Assembly: GCA_003216595.1 (NCBI GenBank)
Contig: QCIQ01000005.1
Coordinates: 7,366 to 71,365 of the forward strand
Source of the DNA: Prochlorococcus sp. AG-402-M18
GTDB lineage: Bacteria; Cyanobacteriota; Cyanobacteriia; PCC-6307; Cyanobiaceae
Direction: 5' to 3'
DNA: 64,000 nucleotides
The translations under genes were made by a program, and so were the position numbers. The notes under the pieces are model-generated. The model did not search any database. It was not told where the DNA came from and worked only from the letters and a program-made list of their open reading frames with translations. Positions 26,191-38,920 of this stretch are shown piece by piece; position 1 is the first letter of the stretch; every line of letters starts with the position of its first letter.

Positions 26191-28809
26191 ATGGCTGACC
26201 CATTGGGACCTAATAGTACTGGTCCCGGGGAATCCGACGATCGGATCATCCAGACTGACTTAAGAAACGAAATGTCGCGTTCCTATTTGGAATACGCGAT
26301 GAGTGTGATTGTTGGAAGAGCTTTACCTGATTCGAGAGATGGACTTAAGCCAGTTCATCGAAGGATTCTCTATGCGATGTATGAATTAGGACTCACTAGT
26401 GATAGGCCATATAGAAAATGCGCACGTGTGGTTGGAGAAGTTTTAGGTAAATTCCATCCTCATGGAGATACCGCCGTTTATGACGCTTTGGTAAGGATGG
26501 CGCAAGATTTTTCTATGCAGATGCCTCTTATTGATGGACATGGGAATTTCGGATCTGTTGATAATGATCCCCCGGCGGCAATGAGATATACAGAATCCAG
26601 ATTGCAATCTTTAACCACTGATAGTTTGCTTGAAGATATTGAATCTGAAACAGTTGATTTCGCCGATAACTTTGATGGATCTGTTCAAGAACCAACTGTA
26701 TTGCCGGCAAGGATTCCTCAATTGTTGTTGAATGGTTCGTCTGGAATAGCTGTAGGTATGGCAACAAACATACCTCCTCATAATTTGGTTGAATTGATTG
26801 ATGGCTTGATGGCTTTGATCTCTAATCCTGAGTTAGAAGATTTAGAATTGATGAATATAATTAAAGGTCCAGATTTCCCGACTGGTGGACAGATACTTGG
26901 TAGAAGTGGAATTAAGGAAACATATCTTTCTGGTAGAGGTTCAATCACAATGCGTGGAGTCGCTAAAATAGAAACTATAGAAAATCCAGGAAGACCAGAT
27001 AGAGATGCAGTTATAATTACTGAACTTCCTTATCAAACAAATAAAGCTGGATTAATAGAACGAATCGCTGATATGGTCAACGATAAAAAACTTGAAGGTA
27101 TTGCAGATATAAGAGATGAAAGTGATAGAGATGGAATGAGAATTGTTGTTGAATTAAGAAGAGATTCATATCCTCAAGTTGTTTTAAATAATTTATTTAA
27201 ACTCACTCCTTTGCAGACTAATTTTAGTGCAAATATGCTCGCTTTAGTTAATGGTGAGCCTGTTATATTGTCACTTAGAAGGATGTTGCAAGTATTTTTA
27301 GATTTTAGAGTAGAAACTATTGAAAAAAGAACTAAATATCTTTTAAAGAAAGCAGAGAGTAGAGATCATATATTATTAGGATTATTATTAGCTTTAGATC
27401 AGCTAGATGAAATAATTAGTCTTATTAGATCAGCATCTGACTCTGCTACTGCTAAAAGTAAATTAAAAGAACTGCATGGCTTAACAGATATTCAGTCTGA
27501 TGCTATTTTGCAGATGCAGTTAAGAAGATTGACCGCATTAGAGGCAGACAAGATAAGGCTTGAACATGATGATTTAGTTAGAAAAATAATAGATTTAAAA
27601 GATATTTTAAGTAAGAAAGAACGCGTATTTGATATAACAAAAATAGAATTAAATGAAATAAAAGAAAAATATAATACCCCAAGAAGAACAGAAATTCTTG
27701 ATCTTGGAGGTGGCCTTGAGGATATTGATTTAATTGCGAATGAAAGATCAGTCGTTTTATTGACCGAGACAGGATATTTAAAAAGGATGCCTGTTAATGA
27801 ATTTGAAGCAACAAGTCGTGGTACCAGAGGCAAAGCAGGAACTCGAAGCCAAGGAGAGGAAGAGGTTAAAAAATTTATTAGTTGTAATGATCATGACAGC
27901 CTTCTCTTATTTAGTGATAGAGGCGTTTCTTATGCTCTTCCTGCTTACAGAGTTCCTCAATGTAGTAGGACTGCAAAAGGCACTCCTATTGTTCAATTGC
28001 TTCCAATTCCTCGAGAAGAAGCTATTACTTCATTGCTTTCTGTAAGTTCTTTTGATGATGAAAACTATTTATTGATGCTCACTAGGGGGGGGTATATAAA
28101 AAGAACACCTCTTTCAGCTTTTAGCAAGATTAGAGCAAATGGACTAATTGCAATAGGATTAGAGGATGGAGACGCTTTGACTTGGGTTCGATTGGCTGAG
28201 TCTGGAGATAGTGTTTTGATTGGTTCCAAAAATGGAATGACAATTCATTTTAGATTAAATGATTCTGAATTACGTCCTTTAGGAAGATCAGCAAGAGGCG
28301 TTAAATCAATGAATCTTAAGTCTGGAGATTCTCTTGTAAGTATGGATGTTTTATCTACTGAGTTAGCTGATCATGTTGATAAAAGTGAAGAAGAAGAACT
28401 ACATGATGAATCATCAGAATCTGAAGGCCCTTGGGTACTTGTTGCGTCTGGAAGTGGACTAGGGAAAAGAGTACCTGTGACACAATTTCGCTTGCAAAAA
28501 AGAGCAGGCATGGGTTTAAGAGCTATAAAATTTAGAAAAGATGGAGATGAACTTGTAGGTCTAAGGGTTTTAGGTAAAGGAGAAGAATTATTATTAGTGA
28601 GTGAAAGAGGAGTAATTGTTAGAACTAGTGCGGATAAGATCTCTCAACAATCTAGAGCTGCAACAGGGGTAAGAATTCAGAAGCTTGATAATGGCGATAA
28701 ATTGTCGGAGGTTGTGTTAGTGCCACCAGAACAAATTAATGATGATGAAGAAAAAGAATCATCCACAACGAATGAATCAATAAATACAGATCCAACCTCA
28801 AAAAATTGA
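26191..28809 (+). CDS. gyrA: DNA gyrase subunit A
   Basis: Contains the AAMRYTE active-site Tyr region, the QRDR-like [10 protein letters not shown], and an acidic C-terminal tail. I prefer the ATG at 26191 to the TTG at 26173, which overlaps a TATAAT box at 26168-26173. Confidence 0.95.
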   Translation: MADPLGPNSTGPGESDDRIIQTDLRNEMSRSYLEYAMSVIVGRALPDSRDGLKPVHRRILYAMYELGLTSDRPYRKCARVVGEVLGKFHPHGDTAVYDALVRMAQDFSMQMPLIDGHGNFGSVDNDPPAAMRYTESRLQSLTTDSLLEDIESETVDFADNFDGSVQEPTVLPARIPQLLLNGSSGIAVGMATNIPPHNLVELIDGLMALISNPELEDLELMNIIKGPDFPTGGQILGRSGIKETYLSGRGSITMRGVAKIETIENPGRPDRDAVIITELPYQTNKAGLIERIADMVNDKKLEGIADIRDESDRDGMRIVVELRRDSYPQVVLNNLFKLTPLQTNFSANMLALVNGEPVILSLRRMLQVFLDFRVETIEKRTKYLLKKAESRDHILLGLLLALDQLDEIISLIRSASDSATAKSKLKELHGLTDIQSDAILQMQLRRLTALEADKIRLEHDDLVRKIIDLKDILSKKERVFDITKIELNEIKEKYNTPRRTEILDLGGGLEDIDLIANERSVVLLTETGYLKRMPVNEFEATSRGTRGKAGTRSQGEEEVKKFISCNDHDSLLLFSDRGVSYALPAYRVPQCSRTAKGTPIVQLLPIPREEAITSLLSVSSFDDENYLLMLTRGGYIKRTPLSAFSKIRANGLIAIGLEDGDALTWVRLAESGDSVLIGSKNGMTIHFRLNDSELRPLGRSARGVKSMNLKSGDSLVSMDVLSTELADHVDKSEEEELHDESSESEGPWVLVASGSGLGKRVPVTQFRLQKRAGMGLRAIKFRKDGDELVGLRVLGKGEELLLVSERGVIVRTSADKISQQSRAATGVRIQKLDNGDKLSEVVLVPPEQINDDEEKESSTTNESINTDPTSKN

Positions 28810-30038
28810 AATTGAATAATTCTGCTGATGTATTAGTTATGGGAGCAGGACCAGCTGCTCTTTGCATCACTGCTGAGTTGGTTCAACAAGGACTCAATGT
28901 TCAGGCAATAGCTTCTAAGTCTCCTTTAGAACCTTGGCCAAATACTTATGGGATTTGGGCGTCTGAACTAGAGTCTTTAAATATGCAAGAATTATTGAAA
29001 TATAGATGGAAAGATACTGTTAGCTTTTTTGGAGATGGATTAAGTAAAAAGGGTAATAGTTGTATAAATCATTACCTTGATTATGGTCTTTTTAATTCAA
29101 TTAATTTTCAGGAGGCTCTTCTTGAAAGATGTAATGGACTTCCTTGGCAAGTAGAAACTGTCAAAAATATTGATTTTAGTGAAAGAGAAACGGTAGTTAT
29201 TTGCTCTTCTGGAAAAAAATATTTCGCTAGGCTCGTTATCGATGCAAGCGGTCACCAGAGCCCTTTTATCAGAAGACCTCAGCATGATCAATTAGCTAAG
29301 CAGGCGGCTTATGGGGTAGTTGGAAAATTTAGTTCTCCCCCTGTGGAGAAGAATCGATTTGTATTAATGGATTTTAGACCAGATCATTTAAATGCAAACG
29401 AATTGAAAGAGCCTCCTTCTTTTCTATATGCTATGGACCTGGGAGACGGGAATTATTTTGTAGAAGAAACATCTTTGGCGTGTGCACCTCCACTTTCATT
29501 TGAATCATTAAAAGCTAGATTAAATTCACGACTATCTAGCAAGAATATTCAAATAGAGGAAATTATCCATGAGGAACATTGTCTTTTCCCAATGAACTTG
29601 CCATTGCCTTATAGAAATCAACCTCTTTTAGCCTTTGGGGGCTCGGCCAGCATGGTGCATCCTGCTTCGGGATATCTTGTTGGATCCCTTTTGAGGAGAG
29701 CACCCTCATTAGCAAGGGAAATAGCAAAAGTAATTAAAAGAGATCCTCTCATGCCCACCTCTCAGATTGCCAGAAGAGGATGGAAAACTCTTTGGACAGC
29801 GGAATTAGTTCAAAGACATCGTCTTTATCAGTTTGGACTTCAACGACTAATGAGCTTTGATGAATCCTTATTAAGATCTTTTTTTGATACTTTTTTTAAA
29901 TTACCCAAAAAAGATTGGTATGGATATTTGACTAACACTCTTCCTTTGCCAAGGTTATTTATTGTGATGCTCAAATTATTCTATATTGCACCATTACAAG
30001 TTAGATTTGGGATGATTGGATTTTTGATAAAAAAGTAA
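28806..30038 (+). CDS. crtL: Lycopene cyclase, CrtL type (beta or epsilon specificity not resolvable here)
   Basis: 410 aa with the FAD fold [12 protein letters not shown] at the N-terminus and CrtL-family conserved blocks ([21 protein letters not shown]). The TTG start overlaps the gyrA TGA stop (TTGA). Confidence 0.85.
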   Translation: MKLNNSADVLVMGAGPAALCITAELVQQGLNVQAIASKSPLEPWPNTYGIWASELESLNMQELLKYRWKDTVSFFGDGLSKKGNSCINHYLDYGLFNSINFQEALLERCNGLPWQVETVKNIDFSERETVVICSSGKKYFARLVIDASGHQSPFIRRPQHDQLAKQAAYGVVGKFSSPPVEKNRFVLMDFRPDHLNANELKEPPSFLYAMDLGDGNYFVEETSLACAPPLSFESLKARLNSRLSSKNIQIEEIIHEEHCLFPMNLPLPYRNQPLLAFGGSASMVHPASGYLVGSLLRRAPSLAREIAKVIKRDPLMPTSQIARRGWKTLWTAELVQRHRLYQFGLQRLMSFDESLLRSFFDTFFKLPKKDWYGYLTNTLPLPRLFIVMLKLFYIAPLQVRFGMIGFLIKK

Positions 30039-30046
30039 GAAAAGAT

Positions 30047-31612
30047 TTATATTTGCTTTCTCCAATCTATAGGAGAAATTAAAGGAAATATACAATCTTC
30101 TTTTTCTAGTTCTTCTATGGTTTTGTCAGTAATAATTTTATTATCTTTAATCGCATTGATTAACATCCAAAATCTTTTTAGATGCAAGTTTATTCTTTCT
30201 CTTGCAAGCCCAGTAGTCGTGCCTGCTTTAAGAATGAAACTCCAATCTGAAGATTGAGATAGTAAAAGTTCTCTTCCAGCTTGTTTAATTATTTTGATAT
30301 TTGATTCTTCTATAAAACCCTCCGAACAAATATTGACCATTTCTCTCCCGGCTTTACTCCATTCATGAACAATCCAATCATTTGACTTGTTTAACCAATA
30401 ATTATGAAAACCACCTTGCCCCCAACTAGATGGAGAAGGATTGCATAATTGGATTTGTGGAGTTAATCGAAGAGACTCTTTTAAAGTAATTAAGTTAATA
30501 CCTTCCTTTTTTGATTTAAGAAATAAATTTGAGAGGAATTTAGGGCCTTCAAACCACCAATGACCAAAAAGTTCTGCATCAAAAGGAGCTATTAATAATG
30601 GTTCTATATGCATCGATTTCTCAAGTTTAATAAGTTGTTTTTTTCTTTCATGTAAATAACTTTCTGCATCTTTCTCAACACTTTCATTTGCAGCTTGCGG
30701 GTCATATGCTTGTTTGTTTTCTAAAGATGTACTTTGAGATGAAATCTTAAATAATTTTATTCCTAAGGGCCTTTTTTCTCGAATCCCTATCTTTTTTAGA
30801 CTTTCTATTGATAAATCCCAGCCCAAGTCTCTATGGAATTCTCTGTAGTTTGGATTTCCTGGATATCCATCCCTCGCTGACCAGACTGGAAGAGTTGATT
30901 CACTATCTCTACCAAAAAAAGCTACTCCACTTCTAGTGCAAATAGGAGCATATAAACCATATCTTGGCCTTGGATTGGCATTCAACAATCCATGCCCATC
31001 TAGGACTGCATATCTAAGACCTGACTCAGCCATTAATTTATCTAAGCCTTCGTAATATGCACATTCAGGCAACCAAATACCCAATGGGGCTTCAATAAAA
31101 AGACGCTGATGTTCTCTTACCGCAGTTTTTAATTGTGCCCTCACTGCTTCAGGGCTTTCTCTTAAAAGAGGGAGATATCCATGAGTGGCTGCACATGTAA
31201 GGATATCAATTACTTCTGATGCTTGTAATTTTTTAAATCTTCCAATTAGATCTCGTTTGCAGCTCTTCCAGCTTTTTAATTGACGTTTTAAGTGACCTTT
31301 TAAATGTAAGGCTGCTGCTATGCATTCTGTTTCTAATGTATTCAGAAGTTCTAACCTTATTTTTACCCATTCTTCAAAGCGATTTTTTAATACCTCATCC
31401 TCCAACAGCGAAAGCAAAGTAGGCGATAACCCTATTGTGAGTTTAGGTGTTTGATTTTTTGCTATTGAGGCTTCTTCAAGTGTTTCTAAAAGTGGTAAAT
31501 AACATTCCACTAGAGCTTGAAAGAACCAATCCTCCTCTAAAGAACCAGGTTCTTCTGATCTCACGTAAGGTAGATGAGCATGCAGGACTATGGCGAGATT
31601 GCCTTTAGTCAT
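30047..31612 (-). CDS. Glycoside hydrolase family 57 protein (alpha-glucan branching enzyme-like)
   Basis: 521 aa with the N-terminus LAIVLHAHLPYVR and downstream WLPECAY and FDAELFGHWW blocks typical of GH57. Confidence 0.85.
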   Translation of the reverse strand: MTKGNLAIVLHAHLPYVRSEEPGSLEEDWFFQALVECYLPLLETLEEASIAKNQTPKLTIGLSPTLLSLLEDEVLKNRFEEWVKIRLELLNTLETECIAAALHLKGHLKRQLKSWKSCKRDLIGRFKKLQASEVIDILTCAATHGYLPLLRESPEAVRAQLKTAVREHQRLFIEAPLGIWLPECAYYEGLDKLMAESGLRYAVLDGHGLLNANPRPRYGLYAPICTRSGVAFFGRDSESTLPVWSARDGYPGNPNYREFHRDLGWDLSIESLKKIGIREKRPLGIKLFKISSQSTSLENKQAYDPQAANESVEKDAESYLHERKKQLIKLEKSMHIEPLLIAPFDAELFGHWWFEGPKFLSNLFLKSKKEGINLITLKESLRLTPQIQLCNPSPSSWGQGGFHNYWLNKSNDWIVHEWSKAGREMVNICSEGFIEESNIKIIKQAGRELLLSQSSDWSFILKAGTTTGLARERINLHLKRFWMLINAIKDNKIITDKTIEELEKEDCIFPLISPIDWRKQI

Positions 31613-31936
31613 TAAAATTCCCAGATTTTTGTAATAGAACCTTCGATACTTATACTCTTTAGCCGCACAAGAAAAGATAAACTTTAAGTTGTAATCTTAA
31701 TCTAGTTAAAATAGATACTCAAAAATAATTAATTTTTGACTTTTTACTTAAATCCTTTTATTAAAATTTGATACTAAATCTTAATTTCTACTATTTTAGA
31801 AAAATAAAATTTAAATAGATTATTTAAATAGTTAAAAACTTAATATTTCTTCTAGATATTTAAGGAAAATATACTACAATTAACTTGATTCATATAGATC
31901 TAAATAAGATCTAGTTATTTTTATATATTTCATTCT

Positions 31937-33556
31937 ATGGCCAAAGATCCAGGCCGAGTTTTAATTTTTGATACCACTTTACGGGATGGAGAGCAATCTC
32001 CTGGTGCAAGTCTTAATTTAGAAGAAAAGTTAGCTATTGCTCAGCAATTAGCAAGATTAGGCGTAGATGTTATTGAGGCAGGATTCCCTTTCGCTAGCCC
32101 TGGGGATTTTGCTGCTGTTCAGAAAATTGCTGAGCATGTGGGAGGAGAAGAAGGACCTATTATTTGCGGACTATCAAGAGCATCAAAACCTGATATCCAA
32201 GCTTGTGCCGATGCGATTGCTCCAGCCCCCAGAAAAAGGATTCATACATTCATTGCAACCAGTGACATTCATCTTGAACATAAATTAAGGAAATCCAGAA
32301 AAGAAGTTCTTGATATCGTCCCAGATATGGTTGGCTACGCTAAAAGTTTTGTGGATGATATTGAATTTTCCTGTGAAGATGCCGCAAGAAGTGATTTAGA
32401 TTTTCTCTATGAAGTAATTGAATTAGCCATTTCTTCAGGTGCTAATACTATAAATATTCCAGATACAGTCGGCTATACAACTCCTTCTGAATTTGGAGAT
32501 TTAATATTAAATATCAATAAAAATGTTCCAAATATCAATGAAGCAGTTCTCTCAGTTCATGGGCATAATGACTTAGGACTTGCTGTCGCAAACTTCCTTG
32601 AGGCTGTTAAGAATGGAGCGAGACAGCTTGAATGCACTATTAATGGAATAGGAGAGAGAGCAGGTAATGCTGCTTTAGAAGAATTGATTATGGCTCTTCA
32701 TGTAAGAAGATCATATTTTAATCCGTTTTTTGGTCGGCCGCCTGAATCTCCTACCCCTTTAACAGCTGTTAGGACAGAGGAAATAACCAAGTCATCTCGT
32801 TTGGTTTCCAATCTAACTGGGATGGTCGTACAACCGAATAAAGCAATTGTTGGAGCTAACGCTTTTGCTCATGAATCTGGAATACACCAAGATGGAGTAT
32901 TAAAAAATAGACTTACTTATGAAATTATTGAAGCAAAAACAGTTGGATTGTCTGACAATAAAATTTCTTTAGGAAAATTGAGTGGTAGGAGTGCTGTTCG
33001 AGCTAGACTAGAGGACCTTGGGTATGATTTGAATAGGGATGACCTTAATGATGCATTCGCTAGATTTAAAGACCTGGCCGATAGAAAAAGAGAGATAACA
33101 GATCGTGATCTAGAGGCAATTGTTAGCGAACAAGTTCAATTACCAGATGCTTTGTTCCAATTGAAATTGGTCCAAGTAAGTTGTGGAACATCCTTAAAGC
33201 CTACTGCAACAGTAACTGTTGTTGGAGAAGAGGGAGAAGAAAATACTGCTGTCTCTCTCGGAACCGGTCCAGTTGATGCAGTTGTAAGAGCTTTGGATTC
33301 TCTAACTGAAGAACCTAATGAATTGATTGAATTCTCCGTCAAGTCAGTTACAGAGGGGATAGATGCTTTAGGAGAAGTTACGATTCGAATAAGAAGAGAT
33401 GGAAACCTCTTCTCTGGTCATTCTGCTGATACGGATGTTGTTGTTGCCGCTGCGCAAGCATACATAAATGCTCTTAATAGATTAGTAGCTGCTGAGGGCA
33501 GGAAATCCATTCATCCACAGCATGATTTAGCTCAAGTTCATAAAAAAAAGATTTAA
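31937..33556 (+). CDS. leuA: 2-isopropylmalate synthase
   Basis: 539 aa with [23 protein letters not shown], and a C-terminal LeuA dimerisation/regulatory domain. Confidence 0.95.
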   Translation: MAKDPGRVLIFDTTLRDGEQSPGASLNLEEKLAIAQQLARLGVDVIEAGFPFASPGDFAAVQKIAEHVGGEEGPIICGLSRASKPDIQACADAIAPAPRKRIHTFIATSDIHLEHKLRKSRKEVLDIVPDMVGYAKSFVDDIEFSCEDAARSDLDFLYEVIELAISSGANTINIPDTVGYTTPSEFGDLILNINKNVPNINEAVLSVHGHNDLGLAVANFLEAVKNGARQLECTINGIGERAGNAALEELIMALHVRRSYFNPFFGRPPESPTPLTAVRTEEITKSSRLVSNLTGMVVQPNKAIVGANAFAHESGIHQDGVLKNRLTYEIIEAKTVGLSDNKISLGKLSGRSAVRARLEDLGYDLNRDDLNDAFARFKDLADRKREITDRDLEAIVSEQVQLPDALFQLKLVQVSCGTSLKPTATVTVVGEEGEENTAVSLGTGPVDAVVRALDSLTEEPNELIEFSVKSVTEGIDALGEVTIRIRRDGNLFSGHSADTDVVVAAAQAYINALNRLVAAEGRKSIHPQHDLAQVHKKKI

Positions 33557-33677
33557 GAACTTTTCAATTTATTTTTATTTCTTGGAATAAGTTTCCGTAA
33601 ATTTTTTTTAGACAAATTTCACTTAACTAATAATCAAGGATTAATATGTGTTGTGACGATTTGATATTCGCACATAA

Positions 33678-33917
33678 ATGGTTTTTAAAAGAAATCTTTA
33701 CCGACTTATAGGCCTTGATGGATCACCCCACCATGTTCTCGATGCTCCATATGAAAGCATTGATGCAGCCCTTAAAGCAGCAAAAATCTGGTGCAATGGC
33801 CAAGGATTGAGTTGCACAATCAAAGATAAAGGCATTGGTGTACAAGTTCTTGCAGCTAATGGAACTTGGAGAACTGTTTGTTATCCGTCTAATTGTTTGC
33901 AACCTTCTCTCGCATAA
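33678..33917 (+). CDS. Hypothetical small Cys-containing protein
   Basis: 79-aa ORF with ATG start and no overlap with neighbours. I recognise no family. Confidence 0.45.
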   Translation: MVFKRNLYRLIGLDGSPHHVLDAPYESIDAALKAAKIWCNGQGLSCTIKDKGIGVQVLAANGTWRTVCYPSNCLQPSLA

Positions 33918-33972
33918 AAGAAATTATTAATAATATCCCTATGATTTTATTCAAGAGAATATTTTTTTAAAA

Positions 33973-34362
33973 ATGGGTTCAGGAATACGCGGATACTGGA
34001 CGCTTACTTGGTTTGGATTGATTTCAAATACACTTGCAATACCTTTTATTGCTTTTGTCGTTGGATCAGGACCGCCTCTTCGAGCTGCCAATATTACCCT
34101 TGCTATTAGTCTTGCATGGCCAGCGGCAGTAACTGGAATTGTTGCTTCTGCTGGGCTATTTGCTCAAAGAGGATGGGGTGTGATTTTATCAATTGTTGCT
34201 TTATCTATGTCTCTATCAGGCACTTTGCCTTATGGAATAATCAGATTGATTAAAGTAAATGATCTTTTTGGGATAAGTGGCTTAACATTAGTAATCGCTT
34301 TGCTTAATTTATTAGCTCTACTCTATTGGTGTAGAAGAGGTCATAGAAGAATAAGGCTTTAA
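33973..34362 (+). CDS. Hypothetical integral membrane protein (4 TM helices)
   Basis: 129 aa with four hydrophobic helices and a basic C-terminus RRGHRRIRL. Confidence 0.5.
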   Translation: MGSGIRGYWTLTWFGLISNTLAIPFIAFVVGSGPPLRAANITLAISLAWPAAVTGIVASAGLFAQRGWGVILSIVALSMSLSGTLPYGIIRLIKVNDLFGISGLTLVIALLNLLALLYWCRRGHRRIRL

Positions 34363-34397
34363 TTTATGTTGGATAATCTAATGAAGTTTTTCGTTTT

Positions 34398-36497
34398 TCA
34401 ACTTGATTTAAAGCTGGGATATTTTATTCGTCTATGACGCATTCTTCTCCATACAGACACAAAAGCCCTAAGTATTATTTCTATCTCAGCTCTCGTTAAA
34501 CTACTTTCTCTTAATTGGCCATCGATCTGGCGAGATTGAATGATTTTTCTAACTGTTTTGCAAGCATCATCGTCTGAAGAAGAAGCGTCAAGAGCTCTTA
34601 ATGCTGCTTCGCATCCATCTGCAAGCATTAGAATTCCAGTTTCTTTTGAATGTGGAATAGGGCCTTTGTATCTAAAACGTTTTTCAGAGGCAGAAGGGTC
34701 GCTCTCTCTAGCTTTATGAAGAAAATAGCCCATTTTTAGAGTACCTTGATGTTCTGGAATGAAATCAGCAATAGGGGATGGAAGTCGATATTTTCTCGCA
34801 AGCTTCAACCCTTCATCTACATGGGCTTGAAGAATATCGGCACTTTTATATGGGTTTTGAATTTCTTCATGTGGGTTTATTCCATCTTTCTGATTTTCAA
34901 TAAACCAATTAGGAGCATGTAATTTCCCCACATCATGGTAAAGAGCTCCAGTTCTTATTAAGTCGACATCAGCCCCAATGACTCTTGCACCTTCTTCTGC
35001 GAGACTTAAAATTGTTAAAGTATGTTCGAATGTGCCTGGTGCTTCTCTGGATAAACGACGGAGTAAAGGACGTTCTTGATCAGCAAGTTCCATTAATCTT
35101 GCTCTAGTAAGTAATCCAAATGTATTTTCTAATATTGGAATAATTAATATTGTTATCATTAGAATTGCGCTTATAATAAGTGTCTCATTCAAAAGAGAAT
35201 TAGTATCAAAAGATAGGTTCCTGAACTCTATATTATTTGTTTTAATTACTTGATTAAAAATAAACCATTGCCCTAATAATGCACCAAAAGGTATAAATAC
35301 AGCTATTTGAAGAACTTGCGCGCGGCTTCTCATCCTTCTACCTAAAAATGCAACAAATGAACCAGCCACACAAGCAATTATTAGTCTAACCTCACTGAAT
35401 TCATTAAGAGATGATGGCCAAATTAGACTGGCAGAAGCCATCCAAGCTAATGAAGTTGTCGTACCAATACCTTGTGAAAGAAGTAATGTAGGAGGTAATA
35501 TTAATTGTATAGGACTTGCTAGAGGCCCTAACCAATCTTTTGTTAATTGAACTACGAATAATAAAGTTAAAGATAGTAGTCCATGTTTAGACTTTAGCCT
35601 AGGCTTTTCTCTTCTCATAATCATAAGAAGTAATCCACAACTTCCCATTGCTTCTGAGAAAGTAATTAACCACTTTAAGGGTCTAGGACTACGACTTACT
35701 TTGTTGAAATGGTTTAGAATATCAAATTCTTCTGAACTTATTGGCTCACCCTTCTTTGATATTATATCCCCTTCTTTAACCTTTATTGTGTTTATACCAT
35801 CTTGATTAATTAAATTTTCAATTAATATATTAGTTTTTAATTCATCAACTTTTAAATTACTTTTTTGATAAAAACTACCTGATAATATTTTTGAACCTAA
35901 TGACCTACTTGGTGAATATTTATCACCTAAATCTATTAATTGAAGTGAAGAGGCTTTATTAAGCTGATCAAGTTCTAGTGTATTAATAATTCCTTGAGAA
36001 AGCATTTTTTTTGTCGCATTTTTTATCTCTTCTTTCCATGCTTCCCATTCACGATCTGAAATACTTGCCAGCCATATTTTCTCTGGATTTGTTAAATTAA
36101 ATTCATTTATACCTACCTCAAAATTATTATTTTTTAAAGTAAGGAGTTTTTTGATTTTCTGAAAAACACTTTTTTCTAAATTAATTGATTGATTCTTGTC
36201 TATTACGTGTACAAAACTTTCTTTTAGGCCTAGTTTCTTTTCTTTTAAAGCTTTAGTGTCAATTACTGTTGCATCTCTTGGGGCTATTTCATTGAATTGA
36301 GCAATATCTCCTGGTTTGAGATCGGGAACAGCAAGTAACTTATAACTTGAAATTATTGCTACTAATAGGCAGACCATTAGTAGACCTAATTTGTCAGTGG
36401 CTGACCAGCGAAGTATTGGACGCCTGGGAGATTGACTTCCTAACCAAATTCTCCAAATTTTTTTCGGACTGGGTAATTTAGCCAAAGACTTTCTCAC
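34398..36497 (-). CDS. 7TM-HD membrane phosphohydrolase (PgpH-like)
   Basis: 699 aa with an extracellular N-terminal domain, a 7-TM block, and a C-terminal HD domain (ALYHDVGK, HVDEG). Confidence 0.85.
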   Translation of the reverse strand: MRKSLAKLPSPKKIWRIWLGSQSPRRPILRWSATDKLGLLMVCLLVAIISSYKLLAVPDLKPGDIAQFNEIAPRDATVIDTKALKEKKLGLKESFVHVIDKNQSINLEKSVFQKIKKLLTLKNNNFEVGINEFNLTNPEKIWLASISDREWEAWKEEIKNATKKMLSQGIINTLELDQLNKASSLQLIDLGDKYSPSRSLGSKILSGSFYQKSNLKVDELKTNILIENLINQDGINTIKVKEGDIISKKGEPISSEEFDILNHFNKVSRSPRPLKWLITFSEAMGSCGLLLMIMRREKPRLKSKHGLLSLTLLFVVQLTKDWLGPLASPIQLILPPTLLLSQGIGTTTSLAWMASASLIWPSSLNEFSEVRLIIACVAGSFVAFLGRRMRSRAQVLQIAVFIPFGALLGQWFIFNQVIKTNNIEFRNLSFDTNSLLNETLIISAILMITILIIPILENTFGLLTRARLMELADQERPLLRRLSREAPGTFEHTLTILSLAEEGARVIGADVDLIRTGALYHDVGKLHAPNWFIENQKDGINPHEEIQNPYKSADILQAHVDEGLKLARKYRLPSPIADFIPEHQGTLKMGYFLHKARESDPSASEKRFRYKGPIPHSKETGILMLADGCEAALRALDASSSDDDACKTVRKIIQSRQIDGQLRESSLTRAEIEIILRAFVSVWRRMRHRRIKYPSFKSS

Positions 36498-36554
36498 CTA
36501 CCCCTAACGCTAGGTTTGATGAGTTGATCAATTGAAATTGTATTCATTTTATTT

Positions 36555-37466
36555 ATGCCAAAAATTTTAGATGGAAAAAAACTTGCTCAAGAGATTGAAC
36601 TCATACTTCAACAGGCTATCAAATCTGGTTTGGAAGTTGCGGAACGTCCTCCTGGTCTTGCTGTCCTTAGAGTTGGTAATGATCCTGCAAGTGGAGTTTA
36701 TGTCAATTACAAGGAAAAAGCTTGTGATCGAATAGGTGTTAGAAGTTTTGCAAAGCATTTAAAAGAAGATATTTCATTGGAGGAACTCTCAGAAATCATT
36801 AAAAGTTTGAATCAAGAAAAGAATGTTGATGGAATTTTGTTGCAACTTCCATTACCTGCTCATCTTGATGAGGCTACTTTGCTTAGAAGTATTGATCCTG
36901 ATAAAGACGCTGATGGACTTCACCCTTTGAACTTAGGAAGATTAATAAAGGGAGAGAAAGGCCCAAGATCATGTACTCCAGCTGGTGTGATGTCTCTGCT
37001 TAAGCGGAATCAAATTGAAATAGAAGGGAAAAGAGCAGTAGTTGTTGGACGTAGCATCCTAGTCGGAAAGCCAATGGCTTTAATGCTTGAAGCGGCTAAT
37101 GCCACTGTCACGATTGCTCATTCAAGAACTAAAGATTTACATTCTTTGACTAGGGAGGCTGATTTACTTGTTGTAGCAGCTGGCAAGCCCTATCTGATTG
37201 GGAAAAATCATATCAGCGAGAATTGTGTGGTTATTGACGTAGGAATTCACAGAATTTCGCCTGATCATGAACTTATGAAAGAGAAAGTAAAGACAAGACT
37301 TTGTGGAGATGTAAAGATATTTGAAATTGAAGATAAAGTTGCTGCTTATTCTCCTGTCCCTGGAGGAGTTGGTCCTATGACAGTCACAATGCTATTGGCA
37401 AATACAGTTGATAGGTGGCAGAAACATTGTGGATTACCTTTAACTATTAGTCATTTACTTCCATGA
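36555..37466 (+). CDS. folD: Bifunctional methylenetetrahydrofolate dehydrogenase/cyclohydrolase
   Basis: 303 aa with [36 protein letters not shown] and [10 protein letters not shown]. Confidence 0.95.
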   Translation: MPKILDGKKLAQEIELILQQAIKSGLEVAERPPGLAVLRVGNDPASGVYVNYKEKACDRIGVRSFAKHLKEDISLEELSEIIKSLNQEKNVDGILLQLPLPAHLDEATLLRSIDPDKDADGLHPLNLGRLIKGEKGPRSCTPAGVMSLLKRNQIEIEGKRAVVVGRSILVGKPMALMLEAANATVTIAHSRTKDLHSLTREADLLVVAAGKPYLIGKNHISENCVVIDVGIHRISPDHELMKEKVKTRLCGDVKIFEIEDKVAAYSPVPGGVGPMTVTMLLANTVDRWQKHCGLPLTISHLLP

Positions 37467-37508
37467 ATCACAATGTCCTGAGAGAATTGGTAAGAATCGA
37501 TTTTTTGC

Positions 37509-38408
37509 ATGGAGGAAGCAATCGCTTCTTTTGACTTCGCTGAGTATCTAGAAAAAGCTAGAGCTCGCGTTGAATTTGCGCTAGATGCATCTCTGGGCCC
37601 TGAAAAGCCAGAAAAATTAAGAGAATCTATGCGCTATTCCCTTTTGGCGGGAGGGAAGAGATTAAGACCAATACTTTGTCTTGCTGCCTGCGAACTGGCT
37701 GGAGGCGATGTTGAAAAAGCATTGCCTACTGCAGTTGCTCTTGAAATGATTCATACAATGTCTCTTATCCATGACGATCTGCCTTCAATGGATAATGACG
37801 ATCTTCGTCGAGGACGTCCCACTAATCACAAAGTTTATGGAGATGCTGTTGCAATTCTTGCTGGAGATGCTCTATTGACTAGGGCTTTTGAGATGGTAGC
37901 AATTCGTACAGAGGGAATACCCTCAGACAGACTGCTGAAAATAGTGGGAGAGCTTTCTTTGGTGGCAGGGGCCCCTGGTCTAGTGGGAGGACAAGTGGTT
38001 GATCTCGATTGTGAAGGGAAAGAAGTGGATTTGGAAACCTTAGAGTACATTCATCTTCACAAAACTGGAGCTCTGCTTAAGGCATGTGTCACTTGCGGTG
38101 CATTGATTGGGGGAGCTGATGAGAAGCTTTTGGATGCATTAGGTATCTATGCGAGAGGGATTGGCTTGGCATTCCAAATAATTGATGACATTCTTGATGT
38201 AACTGCAAGTAGTGAAGTACTTGGCAAAACAGCAGGAAAGGATTTAATTGCTGATAAAACTACTTATCCCAAATTACTTGGTCTTGACGAATCAAGAAGG
38301 AGAGCAGATCTTTTAGTAGCTAAAGCAAAAAATGCCCTAGATCCATGGCCAAAAAAATCAAAACCTCTTCTTGCATTGGCTGATTACATTACAAGTAGAG
38401 ATAGATGA
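37509..38408 (+). CDS. crtE: Geranylgeranyl diphosphate synthase
   Basis: 299 aa with the first Asp-rich motif [17 protein letters not shown] and the second, FQIIDDILD. Confidence 0.92.
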   Translation: MEEAIASFDFAEYLEKARARVEFALDASLGPEKPEKLRESMRYSLLAGGKRLRPILCLAACELAGGDVEKALPTAVALEMIHTMSLIHDDLPSMDNDDLRRGRPTNHKVYGDAVAILAGDALLTRAFEMVAIRTEGIPSDRLLKIVGELSLVAGAPGLVGGQVVDLDCEGKEVDLETLEYIHLHKTGALLKACVTCGALIGGADEKLLDALGIYARGIGLAFQIIDDILDVTASSEVLGKTAGKDLIADKTTYPKLLGLDESRRRADLLVAKAKNALDPWPKKSKPLLALADYITSRDR

Positions 38409-38920
38409 ATATTAATCCAGGTATCGAATTTCAATTTATTTATATTCTTGATAATGCTGTATTGGCATGGGGCCTGGCAGCATGTGGGCTTGCTCAATTT
38501 TCTAAATTATTATTCGAATTAATTTTCAAGCAAAGGTGGAGACCGTCAGTGCTTATAGAGACTGGAGGTATGCCTTCAAGTCATTCTGCTTTGGTTACAG
38601 GAACTGCTGCAGGAGTAGGACTTCAGCTTGGTTTTGATGATCCAGTCTTTGCTTTGGCATCCACAATTGCTTTTATTGTGATGTACGACGCTTCAGGCAT
38701 AAGAAGATCTGCAGGCTTAACAGCCGCAAAAGTTAATCAGATTTCAAAAGACAATCCAAACGAAATATCTTCAGAAACTATTTTAAAAGAATCCTTGGGG
38801 CACACAAGAATTGAGGTATTGGTTGGAAGTCTTCTTGGACCAATTGTTGCTTTGCCAGGGATTTTCTTCATTGGTTCCCCTTTGCATGTCTTGCAACTGA
38901 TTGGATTAGTTTCCGTGTGA
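38405..38920 (+). CDS. Divergent PAP2 / DUF212 membrane protein (acid phosphatase / vanadium haloperoxidase-related)
   Basis: 171 aa with the motifs GGMPSSHSA and MYDASGIRR. The start overlaps the crtE stop (ATGA). Confidence 0.8.
   Translation: MNINPGIEFQFIYILDNAVLAWGLAACGLAQFSKLLFELIFKQRWRPSVLIETGGMPSSHSALVTGTAAGVGLQLGFDDPVFALASTIAFIVMYDASGIRRSAGLTAAKVNQISKDNPNEISSETILKESLGHTRIEVLVGSLLGPIVALPGIFFIGSPLHVLQLIGLVSV

Noticed and set aside
31613-31936. 324-bp AT-rich leuA upstream region with a small hairpin (tagatct-aaata-agatcta, about 31894-31912); considered as a leucine leader or attenuator
   Set aside because: There is no leader peptide with Leu codons and no alternative terminator/antiterminator pairing that I could construct. 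It is probably just promoter and UTR.
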